From the NCBI GenBank assembly GCA_965199495.1, contig CBDASK010000003.1, forward strand, positions 256,001-320,000: a stretch of DNA of 64,000 bases. The letters are read 5' to 3'. Shown here piece by piece: positions 40,404-50,993 of the stretch (the stretch's first letter is position 1; the number at the start of each line of letters is the position of its first letter). Origin of the DNA: Abditibacterium sp. (GTDB taxonomy: Bacteria; Armatimonadota; Abditibacteriia; Abditibacteriales; Abditibacteriaceae). A program made the position numbers and the translations under genes. The notes beneath the pieces are model-generated. The model worked only from the letters and a program-made list of their open reading frames with translations. It had not been told where the DNA came from and did no database searches.

Positions 40404-41579
40404 ATGTCGAACAAAATTTTGATCGTTGATGACGAGCCGGACTTGGAAGTACTGATGCGCCAACGGTTTCGGCGCTCGATTCGCAGTGGCGAATACGAGT
40501 TTTTGTTCGCCCACAACGGCATCGAAGCGCTGAAAAAACTGCGCGAAAACTGGGACATCGCCGTGATGCTGACCGACATCAATATGCCGCACATGGACGG
40601 TTTGACGTTGCTCGCTGAACTGGAAAAATTCAACGAGGAAGCGGGACATTTGACTAAAGCGGTTGTCGTATCGGCCTATGGCGACATGGAAAATATTCGC
40701 ACCGCGATGAATCGGGGCGCCTTTGATTTTCTGACCAAGCCGATTGATTTTCAGGACGTGGAAATCACCATCAACAAAACGCTCGATTTCGTTCATCAAA
40801 TCAAAGAAAGCCAGCGCGCCGAAGAATATCGCATCGCCAAAATTGTCGCCGAAGAGAATTACGCGAAGCTTCAAGAACTCGAATTACTGCGCGACAGTCT
40901 GGTTCACATGATCGTCCACGATTTGCGCACGCCCCTGACGGGCGTCATTGGGGCAATACAACTGCTGGAAATGGGAACGGCTGGCGAGTTGAACGAGTTG
41001 CAGGCCGAAGTCGTGGAAATGTCACTTTATAGCGCGCAAACGTTGCTCGATATGATCAACGATTTGCTGGGCATCAGCAAAATGGAGAGCGGCACACTGA
41101 CAATTCAGCCCGCCGCAATTCACTCGCACGAAGTCGCACAAAAGGCGCTAAATCAGGTGCGCGCGCTGGCATCGGGCAAAGAGGTCGAACTGCACGATGA
41201 GTTCGCCAGCGATTTACCGATGTTGCTGGCCGACGCCGAAATGCTCTGTCGCATTCTGGTGAATTTGGTGGGTAACGCCATCAAATTTACGCCTTACAAA
41301 GGCCGCGTTAAATTAACCATCGCGCTCGACGCGAGTGGCACCAACCTCCATTTCGCGATTCAAGACAGTGGCATCGGCATTCCACCCGAAGCCTTCGAGC
41401 GTATTTTCGACAAATTCGGCCAAGTCGAGGCCCAATCGGGCGCGCGCACTTCGACCGGTCTGGGCCTCACCTTTTGCAAAATGGCGGTCGAAGCGCACGG
41501 CGGGCGCATCTGGGTCGAAAGCACGGTTGACAAGGGCAGCACTTTTAGTTTCGTGCTGCCAATTGGATCGAGCGCGTGA
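40404..41579 (+). CDS. Hybrid receiver-histidine kinase
   Basis: VDDE, TDINMP and KP receiver motifs; HDLRTPL, NAIKF, DSGIG and GLGL. Confidence 0.92.
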   Translation: MSNKILIVDDEPDLEVLMRQRFRRSIRSGEYEFLFAHNGIEALKKLRENWDIAVMLTDINMPHMDGLTLLAELEKFNEEAGHLTKAVVVSAYGDMENIRTAMNRGAFDFLTKPIDFQDVEITINKTLDFVHQIKESQRAEEYRIAKIVAEENYAKLQELELLRDSLVHMIVHDLRTPLTGVIGAIQLLEMGTAGELNELQAEVVEMSLYSAQTLLDMINDLLGISKMESGTLTIQPAAIHSHEVAQKALNQVRALASGKEVELHDEFASDLPMLLADAEMLCRILVNLVGNAIKFTPYKGRVKLTIALDASGTNLHFAIQDSGIGIPPEAFERIFDKFGQVEAQSGARTSTGLGLTFCKMAVEAHGGRIWVESTVDKGSTFSFVLPIGSSA

Positions 41580-41598
41580 ATCGAACGCGAAATCTATT

Positions 41599-41709
41599 TT
41601 CGTAGCTTAAAAGCTACGGCAGAGGGCTGGCGCCGAACGTGCTTCGCACTGGAAATAAGTGCGAAGCACGTTCGGCGCCAGCCCTCTGCCGTAGGCTTTA
41701 GCCTACGAA
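41599..41709. repeat. Long REP-like inverted repeat (37-bp perfect core) between convergent genes
   Basis: CTACGGCAGAGGGCTGGCGCCGAACGTGCTTCGCACT (41614-41650) with its reverse complement at 41658-41694. A solo GTAG-REP arm (GACGCGATCAATCGGCGTCTCTACG) follows at about 41731-41755. Confidence 0.88.
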
Positions 41710-41757
41710 CTGCGTAATTCCTAATTATCGGACGCGATCAATCGGCGTCTCTACGAT

Positions 41758-42596
41758 TCACGCTCGCCGCAACGTAAACACTGCGATTTCGGGCCGCACG
41801 CCCAAACGCATCGGCACGCCGATTGTGCCCGCGCCGGTCGAAACGTAAAGTTTGGCGTCACCAACGCAATACCAGCCACGTTGAAGGAACGATTGGCCCG
41901 CATCAACTGGCGATATCCGAAAACGCGCGGGCAAAGCGACTTGTCCGCCGTGCGTATGTCCGCTCAAAATCAGAGCGTTGCGATTACGCACAATAACGCT
42001 AATCGTGGATTGTGACTGAGAATAAGGTGCGCTTCATCGGGCGATACGCCCGCCGTGGCTGCATGAAGGTTGGGGAAACCGGCGCGCAAATCGTCAGCGC
42101 CAATTATCGGCAAACCGTTGGGCAAACGCGTATTTTTATTCAAAAGTGAAACGACGTTGGCGAGCGCCAGAATGTCGGCGATGGGGCCGAAATCTCCATT
42201 CCACAAATCGTGATTGCCCGGCACGGCGTAAATACCAAGTTGCGGATTTAAAATTTCGAGTTCACACGCTAAATCAGCGGCGTAGTCCGTGACAGTGCGC
42301 GCCAATTTGCGCAGGCCCGGCGGATAGGAATTGCGACGTGTGACGACATCGCCGGTTAAAACGACGGCATCGGTGTTTTGTGACGCGCAGAGTTTTATAA
42401 TGCGGCGAATAAGCGCGCCTGGCATCCATAAACCGGCGTGAATATCGGAAATTTGAGCGACGCGTAAACCGTCGCATTCCGTTGGTAGATTGGGCAGCTC
42501 GACATCGAATTTGCGCACAGCCACGCGCCACGGTTCGGCGAGCGCGTAGGCGAATGTTGCGGCGGCGGCGTATTTTATTAACTGCAACGTGGGCAT
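41758..42596 (-). pseudogene. YkuE/YaeI-type metallophosphoesterase, frameshifted near 41990
   Basis: SDIH, TGD, GNHD and SHNP lie in ORF 41970-42596, while LSGHTHGGQ, YVSTGAG and RPEI lie in another frame (41758-41991). Confidence 0.8.
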
Positions 42597-42605
42597 AACG
42601 TTTTA

Positions 42606-42789
42606 GCCCCCTCCCCAACCCTCCCCCGTGCCGGGAGAGGGAGCTATCTCTCGGTCGCCGAAATACTACTGAGTTTTCTTCAAAGTAGAAAAACGGCGCC
42701 GTCCCATAATGTTCAAGCAAGTTGCGATACCTAACAGCGGCCTTGACGTGGCTCCCTCTCCCGGCACGGGGGAGGGCTGGGGTGGGGGC
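42606..42789. repeat. CCCTCCCC-type REP-like inverted repeat
   Basis: GCCCCCTCCCCAACCCTCCCCCGTGCCGGGAGAGGGAGC (42606-42644) versus GCTCCCTCTCCCGGCACGGGGGAGGGCTGGGGTGGGGGC (42751-42789). Confidence 0.85.
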
Positions 42790-42808
42790 AAACCTCATGC
42801 TCACTTCA

Positions 42809-43513
42809 TCATTTACAAGCCGCTTTAAAGGCCTCGAACAATCGTTGCGTCGCATTCGATTCCGGCGCGCGTTCGGGATGCCATTGCACACCCAACATCC
42901 ACTCTGGGCCGCTCCATTCGACGGCTTCTAAAACGCCATCGGGCGCGACTGCCGAAATTAATGCGTTTTCCGCCGGGCGAGAAATCGCCTGATGATGAAA
43001 CGATGGCACGTCAAATTCTTCTTCGCCGACGATTTTATAAAGTTTGGAATTGCGATCTAAACGAACGCTGTGAATGTTGCCATCGGCGTGTTCCAATTGC
43101 GGCGCACGATTGGGCAATTGCAAATCAATGTCTTGAATCAAAGCGCCGCCGCGATAAACGTTGAGAAATTGCGCGCCGTAACAGATGCCCAGAACCGGTT
43201 TATCGCGCGCCAAAAATTCGTCGCAGATTTCGCGCTCGAATTTGGGACGGACATCGGAAACTAAATCTAATCCAGCGCCTTCGAGCGGCGTTTCGCCATA
43301 CCAATCGGGGGGCAAATCGGCGCCGCCCGCCAGAGCCACGCCGTCGAAGCTCTTGGCGGCGTGGCTGGCATTGGCGGCCCATTCATCGAGAAATAATAAC
43401 TCGATTTCCATGCCCGCGTTGCGAATCACGGCGCTATATTTTTCTAAGCGCCACAAATCTTTTTCATCGGAAGGCGGCGCTGGATAAGAAATCGTGAGGG
43501 CGATACGTTTCAT
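42809..43513 (-). CDS. Peptidase C26 / gamma-glutamyl-GABA hydrolase family
   Basis: GGAD, LGICYGAQ, SFHHQA and GVQWHPE motifs. Start at ATG 43513. Confidence 0.9.
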   Translation of the reverse strand: MKRIALTISYPAPPSDEKDLWRLEKYSAVIRNAGMEIELLFLDEWAANASHAAKSFDGVALAGGADLPPDWYGETPLEGAGLDLVSDVRPKFEREICDEFLARDKPVLGICYGAQFLNVYRGGALIQDIDLQLPNRAPQLEHADGNIHSVRLDRNSKLYKIVGEEEFDVPSFHHQAISRPAENALISAVAPDGVLEAVEWSGPEWMLGVQWHPERAPESNATQRLFEAFKAACK

Positions 43514-43517
43514 TTCA

Positions 43518-43615
43518 AGGTGGCAGGTGACAGGTAGCAAGAGGGAGCAAGCTGATGGTATCGTTCTAAAACGAATGCGCTTCCACTTGCCACCTGTTAC
43601 TTGCCACCTGCCACC
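43518..43615. repeat. Inverted arrays of heptamer tandem repeats
   Basis: AGGTGGC AGGTGAC AGGTAGC ... CTTGCCA CCTGTTA CTTGCCA CCTGCCA. Confidence 0.75.
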
Positions 43616-43618
43616 CCG

Positions 43619-44713
43619 TTACTGTCCACGACGCAAGAACGACGGCACGTCAATATCCACGTTCTGTCCGCCTGCGCCTCCGCGATTACCGGCATTGCCG
43701 CCCATCGAGTTAATGGCGCCCGAAGGCGTTTTGGGAAATGGCATCGAAGCGGGCAAATTGCCGTGTCCGTTGTCATAGCCGGTCGCGACGACCGTCACGC
43801 GAAGTTCGTTTTCCATCGAAGGATTGAAGGCCAAGCCCCAGTAAACGTTGGTATCGGTGCCCGCCGCTTGGCGCACCATGTCCACGATTTCCTCGACTTC
43901 ACCGATGCCCAAATCGTCGCCCGCCGTGACGTTAATCAGCAGATTGCGCGCGCCAGAAATCGGGATTTCCAAGTAGGGCGAAGAAATCGCGGCGCTGGCC
44001 GCGTCGGTCGCGCGGTTTTCGCCGCTTCCCATGCCGATGCCCATCAAAGCCGGGCCAGCATCGCCCATGACACTTCTTACGTCTTGAAAGTCCAAATTGA
44101 CTTCGCCGGGAATCGTGATCAAATCCGAAATGCCCTGCACGCCCTGACGCAAAACGTCGTCGGCCTTGTCGAAAGCCTCGCGAATGCGGGCTTTGCGTTG
44201 CATGGTTTCGAGCAATTTGTCGTTGGGCACAACGATGAACGAATCCACCACGTTACGCAATTTCTCGACGCCATATTCGGCGTTGCTTTTGCGTTGCGGC
44301 CCCTCGAAATTAAACGGCTTGGTGACAACAGCCACCGTCAAGGCGCCCGATTGTTTGGCGACTTCGGCGATGACGGGCGCGGCGCCGGTTCCGGTGCCTC
44401 CGCCCATGCCAGCGGTCACGAAAACCAGATCGGCTTTGGCGATGGCGTCCACGATTTCGTCGCGCGATTCTTCGGCGCTACGGTGCCCAACTTCGGGGTT
44501 GCCGCCCGCGCCCAGACCCGACGTGACGCCGGTGCCGACCTGAATCTTCTGCTCGGCCTGCGAGGCGTCGAGCGCCTGTTTGTCGGTGTTAACGACGATA
44601 AATTCAACGCCGGTCAAACCGGCTTCGATCATGCGATTGACCGCGTTGGAGCCGCCGCCTCCAACACCGATGACCTTGATGACGGCTTGTCCACTGGGTC
44701 GCGATAGTGCCAT
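43619..44713 (-). CDS. ftsZ: Cell division protein FtsZ
   Basis: [25 protein letters not shown] and the C-terminal DVPSFLRR. Alternative start at 44740. Confidence 0.97.
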   Translation of the reverse strand: MALSRPSGQAVIKVIGVGGGGSNAVNRMIEAGLTGVEFIVVNTDKQALDASQAEQKIQVGTGVTSGLGAGGNPEVGHRSAEESRDEIVDAIAKADLVFVTAGMGGGTGTGAAPVIAEVAKQSGALTVAVVTKPFNFEGPQRKSNAEYGVEKLRNVVDSFIVVPNDKLLETMQRKARIREAFDKADDVLRQGVQGISDLITIPGEVNLDFQDVRSVMGDAGPALMGIGMGSGENRATDAASAAISSPYLEIPISGARNLLINVTAGDDLGIGEVEEIVDMVRQAAGTDTNVYWGLAFNPSMENELRVTVVATGYDNGHGNLPASMPFPKTPSGAINSMGGNAGNRGGAGGQNVDIDVPSFLRRGQ

Positions 44714-45009
44714 TCCTGTAAGTTCTCCTGTTCCTTGCATTCCTATGAATTAAGCCCATCTAAAATGAGCTTGAGATGAGAGGGTTTTCGCTCTTGAATT
44801 TATCGCAAACACGCGTTAGAGCGTCGCCGCAAACAATTTCAAAAGCCGCTTGCAATTTTACTTTAAATCCAAAAGCCGCGCGCAGTTTGCCCGCTTTTGG
44901 CACGTCGTGCCGCAAAATTTTTGGACAAAAGCCCAATTCAACGATTATAAAAGAATTTTTACGCGCGGAATCAGGGCACGGTCACAAGAATTCACGTTTT
45001 GTCGAAAAT

Positions 45010-45557
45010 TTAATCCGCGTTGACCTTTCGTCCCTTCAACAAAAAGCGCGCGTCGAACTTCCCGCCATTATATAAATTGCAACAACTCGCGCACGCACCG
45101 ACGCGGCTGATGCGCCGCCGCCGCGAAATTTGTGAATTGCAATGCGCGCACGAATAAATCCAACCGTTTTTCGGCGTCGGAAGCGCGATGCCATGCCGCG
45201 TTTTGGGTTGGCCAATGGCGCGCGCTTTGGCACGAAACGCTGCCGTATGTCCGCACGGCAATTTTTGAATATGCAGCCATAAATGAATCATTTCGTGTTT
45301 GAGAATTTCGCGCAACGCCGTTTCGCCATCGCAAGCAGCCACGCCGCAGACTTCGTGCGTCGCGCCGTCTTTAAATGCGTCAATTAAAAGTGGAATCGAA
45401 AGAGTGATGACACGCGATTGCACGCGAATATTGCCCGCCGCACGCGTGAGGCGGCGGCTCCAGCGAATTTCGCACGCGGGCAGAATGTCATCGAACCATT
45501 CGGTGTTGAATTTTTGATAAAGCGCGTTTGCGTCGCAAATGGAGTTGATGAGAGAAA
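45010..45557 (-). CDS. SprT-like zinc metalloprotease domain protein (start uncertain)
   Basis: HEMIH, GHTAAF and YxCxxC...CxxC motifs. The frame continues upstream of GTG 45423 with LYQKFNTEWF...IRWSRRLTRAAG. Confidence 0.75.
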
Positions 45558-45718
45558 TTTTACCAAGCGGGCGAACGCCGAATCAATCAGCGAGCGGAAA
45601 ATACGGGGCTAAACTGTTGCTAAAACGTCTTTGATACCGTGGCAAATCGAGAAGTCTGCGCCGATACTTTTGCGGCGCAGGGGCCGCGCTTCTTATACTC
45701 TGCCATTCGGAGGTCTCT

Positions 45719-46171
45719 ATGAACAAACCTATTGTGCGTTGTCGCTGCGGTCATCAGGTGTTGGGACGCGAAGTTTTGCGCACGCAACCCTGCGAGAAGC
45801 CTTCGGGCGCCGAAGCTGTTTACGTGAAATATCGCTGTCGTCGCTGCAAGAAGATCGGCGAGTCCTTCATCCCGCACGACGAATGGAATCCCGACATCTT
45901 CGACGTGCCCCACAACGAAATGAAAGCGGACGAACGCGACCGTTTCATCGGCGCGGGCGCCATCGAAAGCGGCGATGTCATCTCGTTTCACCGGGCGCTG
46001 CAAAAAGCGAACACTCTCGCCGAACTGTTGCGGCCCGAACCAACCAAAAGCGAAACGCGTCGTAAAATTGAACCGCGTGGGAGCAACGCAACGCCGCGCG
46101 AAAGCGATAAAACTAAAAACGATAAATCGCAGGGCGATAAACCACCGCGCAGTTTTCGGCGTGGGAAATAA
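45719..46171 (+). CDS. Hypothetical protein with zinc-ribbon-like CxC/CxxC
   Basis: GGAGG RBS; CRCGH...YRCRRCKK. Confidence 0.65.
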   Translation: MNKPIVRCRCGHQVLGREVLRTQPCEKPSGAEAVYVKYRCRRCKKIGESFIPHDEWNPDIFDVPHNEMKADERDRFIGAGAIESGDVISFHRALQKANTLAELLRPEPTKSETRRKIEPRGSNATPRESDKTKNDKSQGDKPPRSFRRGK

Positions 46172-46246
46172 ATGTTTATTTCCAAGCGGTAGTTAAGTTG
46201 CAACTGTGTTCCCCGCGCGACGCTTCGTTGCGCTCCTTTTTCTGGC

Positions 46247-48049
46247 ATGAGCCACTCTTTCGATTTCCCCCAATTCTTTTCCGCCCGCGATGACATCACG
46301 GGCGGATTTGGCGATTTGGGGAACAATGAGGAGCCAGAGAAAAATCCGCCGGACGAAATAAGCGAAATCACCGCCGACTCTTTCGCCAGTTTGCCTTCGG
46401 ACAATCCCGCCGATAATCCGCTTGGCTCGTCAGTGGAAGAGGGTAGCGGCTTGCCTTCGGCTGCGGAACTTGAGCAAACTTTGCAACGTTTGATGCGCCG
46501 CGTTTCGATGTTGGTGCAGGCCGAAAAGTGCGTGTTTCTGCTGCACGACCGCGACAGCCACGAGCTGGTGGCTCGTCCGCCAGCATTGGGATTTTCGCGC
46601 GAGCAGTTGCGGGCTTTGCGCTTGCCGCTCGACGAGGGCGTGGCTGCTCAGGCGTTTCGCGGCGGCACAGCGATTGTTGTCGAGAACGAGGCCAGCTTTA
46701 GCGAAAGCGACGCCGCGTGGGCCAAGGCGTTGGATGCGCGCAACCTCATCGCGTACCCGTTGGTGTTGGAGCGCCGCGACGAACACGAACACATCGCAAC
46801 TAATGTGACTGTCGGCGTGTTTCTGGTTCTCAATAAGCGCGGCAAATCGGGATTCACGCCCGAAGATTTGCATCTGCTTTCGGTGATGGCGCGCCAAGTC
46901 ACGGCGGTTATCGCCGACGCGCAGATTTATCTGCAACTCACCGAAGAAAAAGAGCAGCTCGCCGCCACGCTGCAAAGTCTGGGTTCGGGCGTGCTGATGA
47001 TCGAACCGACCGGCCATATCTCGCAGTTCAACGCCGCCGCGCGCGCTCTCTTTGGCGTGCCCGAAGGCATCGGCTTGGGGCGTCCCTTCGATGAAGTGAT
47101 TCACGAACCACAAATCGTTGAACTGCTGCACACCACGCTCAAGGACGGCAAAGAGGGGCGCGCCGAACTCGAAATCGAATTGCCCGGCAACCACGAGCCG
47201 CGCATATATCAGGCGCAGACGACTTTGGTGCGCGGTGAAAAAGGCGGATTTCCAGAGGTTTTGGGGTTGGCGACGATCTTCACCGACATCACCGAAATTC
47301 GCAACGTCGAAAGGATGAAAACCGCCTTCGTCTCGACGGTTTCGCACGAGTTGCGCACGCCGCTCACTTCAATCAAAGGTTTCGTTTCGACGCTGTTACA
47401 AGATACCGAAGGCTACTTCGATACCGAAACGCGACAGGAATTTTATGGGATTATAGATAACGAATGTGACCGATTGAAGCGTTTAATTGATGATTTACTC
47501 AACGTCTCGCGCATCGAATCGGGGCGCGCGTTGCAGATGCAGTGGGGCACGTTCGAGCCGTTAGCCATCATCGAAAAGGTGATGCAGGCGCAACGTTCTT
47601 ACACCGACAAACACCGCTTGATTTTAGATTTCAACGGCGAAGTGCCGCAGATCGTCGGCGACGCGGACAAGTTCGATCAGATTTTGACGAATCTGATTTC
47701 TAACGCCATCAAATATTCGCCGCTCGGCGGCGAAGTGCGCGTCGAAGTGGACGCTTCCGATCACGATCTCACCCTCAGCGTTAGCGATCAGGGCATCGGC
47801 TTGCCCGCCGATAAATTGTCGCGCATCTTCGAGAAATTCGAGCGCATTGACAACCGCGATACCCGTCAGGCGGGCGGTACAGGCATTGGTCTTTTTTTAG
47901 TCAAACATTTGGTCGAGCGCCACGAAGGCACGATTTCGGTGAGTTCGACAGTCGGTAAAGGCACGACTTTTACGGTTCATTTGCCTCTGCGCCCCAGAGA
48001 AGCCGCCGCCGAAGCGCAGGCCGACGCCGACGAAGATGCGCGCAAATAG
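46247..48049 (+). CDS. GAF-PAS histidine kinase
   Basis: GAF segment, FNAAA PAS motif, SHELRTPL, NAIKYS, DQGIG and GGTGIGL. Confidence 0.92.
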   Translation: MSHSFDFPQFFSARDDITGGFGDLGNNEEPEKNPPDEISEITADSFASLPSDNPADNPLGSSVEEGSGLPSAAELEQTLQRLMRRVSMLVQAEKCVFLLHDRDSHELVARPPALGFSREQLRALRLPLDEGVAAQAFRGGTAIVVENEASFSESDAAWAKALDARNLIAYPLVLERRDEHEHIATNVTVGVFLVLNKRGKSGFTPEDLHLLSVMARQVTAVIADAQIYLQLTEEKEQLAATLQSLGSGVLMIEPTGHISQFNAAARALFGVPEGIGLGRPFDEVIHEPQIVELLHTTLKDGKEGRAELEIELPGNHEPRIYQAQTTLVRGEKGGFPEVLGLATIFTDITEIRNVERMKTAFVSTVSHELRTPLTSIKGFVSTLLQDTEGYFDTETRQEFYGIIDNECDRLKRLIDDLLNVSRIESGRALQMQWGTFEPLAIIEKVMQAQRSYTDKHRLILDFNGEVPQIVGDADKFDQILTNLISNAIKYSPLGGEVRVEVDASDHDLTLSVSDQGIGLPADKLSRIFEKFERIDNRDTRQAGGTGIGLFLVKHLVERHEGTISVSSTVGKGTTFTVHLPLRPREAAAEAQADADEDARK

Positions 48050-48131
48050 AAGCCAAGTGTCAGCGTGAAAATTTAAAGTTTTGCTGTTTAACTTTTCGTG
48101 TGTCCTCGTCTTCTGTATCCTAATTAAAACC

Positions 48132-48578
48132 ATGAAAATAGCCATTGGCGGCGATCACGCCGGATTTCCCCTTAAAACTGAACTGATTCCGCTTATCATC
48201 GAGATGGGCCACGAAGTCATTGACTGCGGCACCGATTCCACGGTCGCTGTAGATTATCCCGATTTTTCGCGCGCCGTCGGCGAATTGGTGCGCGACGGTG
48301 CCGTTGATCGCGGCATCGTGATTTGCGGTTCGGGCGCAGGAGCCACCGTGGCCGCCAACAAAATCAAAGGCGTGCGCGCGGCGCTGGCCCACGATCACTA
48401 TTCGGCGCATCAGGGCGTCGAACACGACGACATAAACGTGCTAACAATGGGTTCACGCGTTATCGGAACCGCGATTGCCACCGAAGTGACACAAGCGTTT
48501 CTAAACGCGAATTTTAGCGGTGAGGAGCGTCATGTGCGGCGTTTGAAGAAAGTGATGGAAATTGAAGCGGAGAATTAA
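48132..48578 (+). CDS. rpiB: Ribose-5-phosphate isomerase B
   Basis: [27 protein letters not shown] and RHVRR motifs. Confidence 0.93.
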   Translation: MKIAIGGDHAGFPLKTELIPLIIEMGHEVIDCGTDSTVAVDYPDFSRAVGELVRDGAVDRGIVICGSGAGATVAANKIKGVRAALAHDHYSAHQGVEHDDINVLTMGSRVIGTAIATEVTQAFLNANFSGEERHVRRLKKVMEIEAEN

Positions 48579-48606
48579 GGGAACAATGTCCGCTATTGCC
48601 AAAAAC

Positions 48607-48641
48607 AAAAAACCGCGCTGACCCAAATCAGCGCGGTTTTT
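48607..48641. terminator. Bidirectional terminator
   Basis: AAAAAACCGCGCTGA-CCCAAA-TCAGCGCGGTTTTT between convergent genes. Confidence 0.8.
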
Positions 48642-48656
48642 CGTTCTATTCCAACT

Positions 48657-49433
48657 CTATTTTTCGATTTCGCTATCGGGCGCGCCCGGCACTGGCGCGG
48701 GCACGGCGCCGCCGGTGGCTTTGACTTTGGGCAGCAATTGTTGAATCGCCGCGACGCGCTTTTTGCCTTCGGGGTGATCGCTGAGCCATTGAAACGCGCT
48801 GTCGCCATCGTCCTCGTTGGACAAACGTTGAAGCACCGTCACCATCGCGTTGGGATCGAAACCGGCGCGCTCCATGCGCGCCAAGCCTTCTCGGTCGGCC
48901 TGATATTCGTTGGCTCGACTATATTTCTGCGTCATCGCGTCGCTACCGATGCTGAGCGCCTGACCTAAAGCGGGCGGAATTCCCAGCAAAATCGAGCCGA
49001 CGGCCAACAATGTCCCGCGTCCGTTGGCTTTGGCCGAAGACTTGGCGTAATGATGATCTTCGGCGTGCGTGATTTCGTGGCCTAACACGGCGGCCAGTTC
49101 GTCATCGGTTTTGACGACTTTGCGCAAACCGGTGTAAACGAAAACGTGGCCGCCCGGCAAACAAAACGCGTTGATTTCGGGCGAGTCAATGACGTGAAAA
49201 TCGTATTGAAATTCGGGATTAGAAACCGCCGCCAAGCGCTTGCCAACGCGCTCGACCCAATCGGCGACCGGGCCAGTCACAATCGGCGCATTTTTCTCGA
49301 TGTCTGCGGCGGCTTCCTGCCCGACGCGCCGCTCTTTGGCGGGCGAAACCGAGAACGGCCCGGCATGAGCCACGCGCGGCGCCAACGGCATCACGGCTGA
49401 AATGGCAAGAGTGAAAACAAGCGTTTTTTTCAT
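48657..49433 (-). CDS. M48 family metallopeptidase, secreted
   Basis: Signal peptide; NAFCLPGG, HEITH, EYQAD and DHP motifs. Confidence 0.9.
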   Translation of the reverse strand: MKKTLVFTLAISAVMPLAPRVAHAGPFSVSPAKERRVGQEAAADIEKNAPIVTGPVADWVERVGKRLAAVSNPEFQYDFHVIDSPEINAFCLPGGHVFVYTGLRKVVKTDDELAAVLGHEITHAEDHHYAKSSAKANGRGTLLAVGSILLGIPPALGQALSIGSDAMTQKYSRANEYQADREGLARMERAGFDPNAMVTVLQRLSNEDDGDSAFQWLSDHPEGKKRVAAIQQLLPKVKATGGAVPAPVPGAPDSEIEK

Positions 49434-49500
49434 GGAAGTCAGTTGAAGATTTTGAGTAAGAAGCAAAAGTGCCCAGCGAGCGATGTTACCGCCTCCTAAT

Positions 49501-49711
49501 TAACCCTGTGTGCAAGTTCTATTCACGTTCAATCTCTCCCTTTTGTCATTCTGAGCGAAGAGAGGAACGAACGCAGTCGAAGAAACCATAACGTTGAACT
49601 CGCGACGAACGTCAAACTCCGTCGCAACCTGTGGATTCTTCGACTGCGTTCGTTCCTCACTACGCTCAGAATGACAACGACGGCAAGTTCTAAATCTTGC
49701 ACATAGGGTTA
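49501..49711. mobile_element. MITE/REP-like nested palindromic element, copy 1
   Basis: Ends TAACCCTGTGTGCAAG / CTTGCACATAGGGTTA. Inner GTCATTCTGAGCG...CGCTCAGAATGAC and GAGGAACGAACGCAGTCGAAGAA...TTCTTCGACTGCGTTCGTTCCTC. Confidence 0.8.
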
Positions 49712-49730
49712 ATTAGAATCAATTGCGAAC

Positions 49731-50795
49731 TTACGGCACCAAGCGCAAGCCCAGCGTGCCGGTAAAGTCCACCCACGACGGATCGCTTTTGCGCCCGGCG
49801 GCGTTGATGGTGCGGCTTTGGCCGCGCGCGTCAATCGCCATTTGGCCGCGCACGATTTGACCTTTGGCAGCGTCGAACCACAAATCGCCGTCCACGGTTT
49901 GAGAAACGTTGTCCAACTGCGGCGTAAATTTCGCGCCGTTTTTGGGCGCGGTCGGCGCGGGCAAATTCTTGCCGTCCAACTCGATACCGCCGACGATACC
50001 CACGCGCCACAACGAAACGCCGTCCACAACTTCCTGGTCTTTGAGCGTCATCGTCCATTTGCTGAGCGGCGGCGCGGTTTTCGCGATTTCAGGCGTGCGC
50101 GCGATAAACGCGGGCAACGCCAATTCGGTTTGCCAAGTGTCGCCGGGTTTGACATCGCCTTTGGGCCACAACGTCGGCAACGCGTTCAAAATCGTCGAAG
50201 CGATCAAACCGCCTTTATCCGCCGCCATTTTCGAGTTATCTTCCTCAGCGACCAATTTCAACGGCGCCGTGGCTGCTGTTGCCGCGACCGTCGGCAATAA
50301 CTGGCCGTCTTTGCCGACTTGTTTCACGCCTTTAACGCGGCCATCTTTGCTCACGATTAACGCGTAGGCTTTGTTATCGGCTTTATCGCCCGGTTTTTTG
50401 TCGGGCACAACGCCGCCCATTGGCTTGCCGTTGAACAAAACACGCGGTTTGCCATCGCGCAGTTCGAGCAAAACTTTCTGGCCGAAAGAGCTGCCGTTCA
50501 AATCGAATTTCGGCAACTGCGCCAATAAAGTTCCATCCCCAGTCGGACTCACTTCGAGCGTTTTGAGCGTTGCCGTGCCTTTGCCGTTCAACTCGACTTC
50601 GAGCGGCACGCCCGCAAAGACAACCGGCATTTCGGACGGCACTTTCAAATTGGCGGTGCCGTCCATCGCGATGTCATAGTTGAGCGATTGGCCCGCCTGA
50701 AATTTTTGCTGGAGTTCGACGGCGCGCGCCGGAGTTAAAGCGACCGTCGCCAAAACGCCAGCAGCCAACAGGGAAAGAATGGGTTTGTGTTTCAT
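49731..50795 (-). CDS. Secreted hypothetical protein (beta-rich)
   Basis: MKHKPILSLLAAGVLATVALTPARA signal peptide; LWPKGDVKPGDTW and WFDAAKG segments. Confidence 0.7.
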   Translation of the reverse strand: MKHKPILSLLAAGVLATVALTPARAVELQQKFQAGQSLNYDIAMDGTANLKVPSEMPVVFAGVPLEVELNGKGTATLKTLEVSPTGDGTLLAQLPKFDLNGSSFGQKVLLELRDGKPRVLFNGKPMGGVVPDKKPGDKADNKAYALIVSKDGRVKGVKQVGKDGQLLPTVAATAATAPLKLVAEEDNSKMAADKGGLIASTILNALPTLWPKGDVKPGDTWQTELALPAFIARTPEIAKTAPPLSKWTMTLKDQEVVDGVSLWRVGIVGGIELDGKNLPAPTAPKNGAKFTPQLDNVSQTVDGDLWFDAAKGQIVRGQMAIDARGQSRTINAAGRKSDPSWVDFTGTLGLRLVP

Positions 50796-50915
50796 GGCAA
50801 ATAATGAACTTAATTTTCGACGTTTCCAGACGCGAAAAAGCGGTGAGCAGACCAAAAAATTTGACGGTCAAATGTCAAGTTAATTAAGGCCGATAATAAC
50901 GGCAAATTTAAATAA

Positions 50916-50946
50916 CAAACACCGAGACGACTGGTCTCGGTGTTTG
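50916..50946 (-). terminator. Hairpin, probable terminator after the NYN gene
   Basis: CAAACACCGAGAC-N5-GTCTCGGTGTTTG. Confidence 0.65.
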
Positions 50947-50993
50947 AACTTTTATTTAAGGGAGAGTTGCATCTCGACAAATTAATCCCTGAA

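Noticed and set aside
43601..44707. 368-aa plus-strand ORF
   Set aside because: Antisense shadow of ftsZ.
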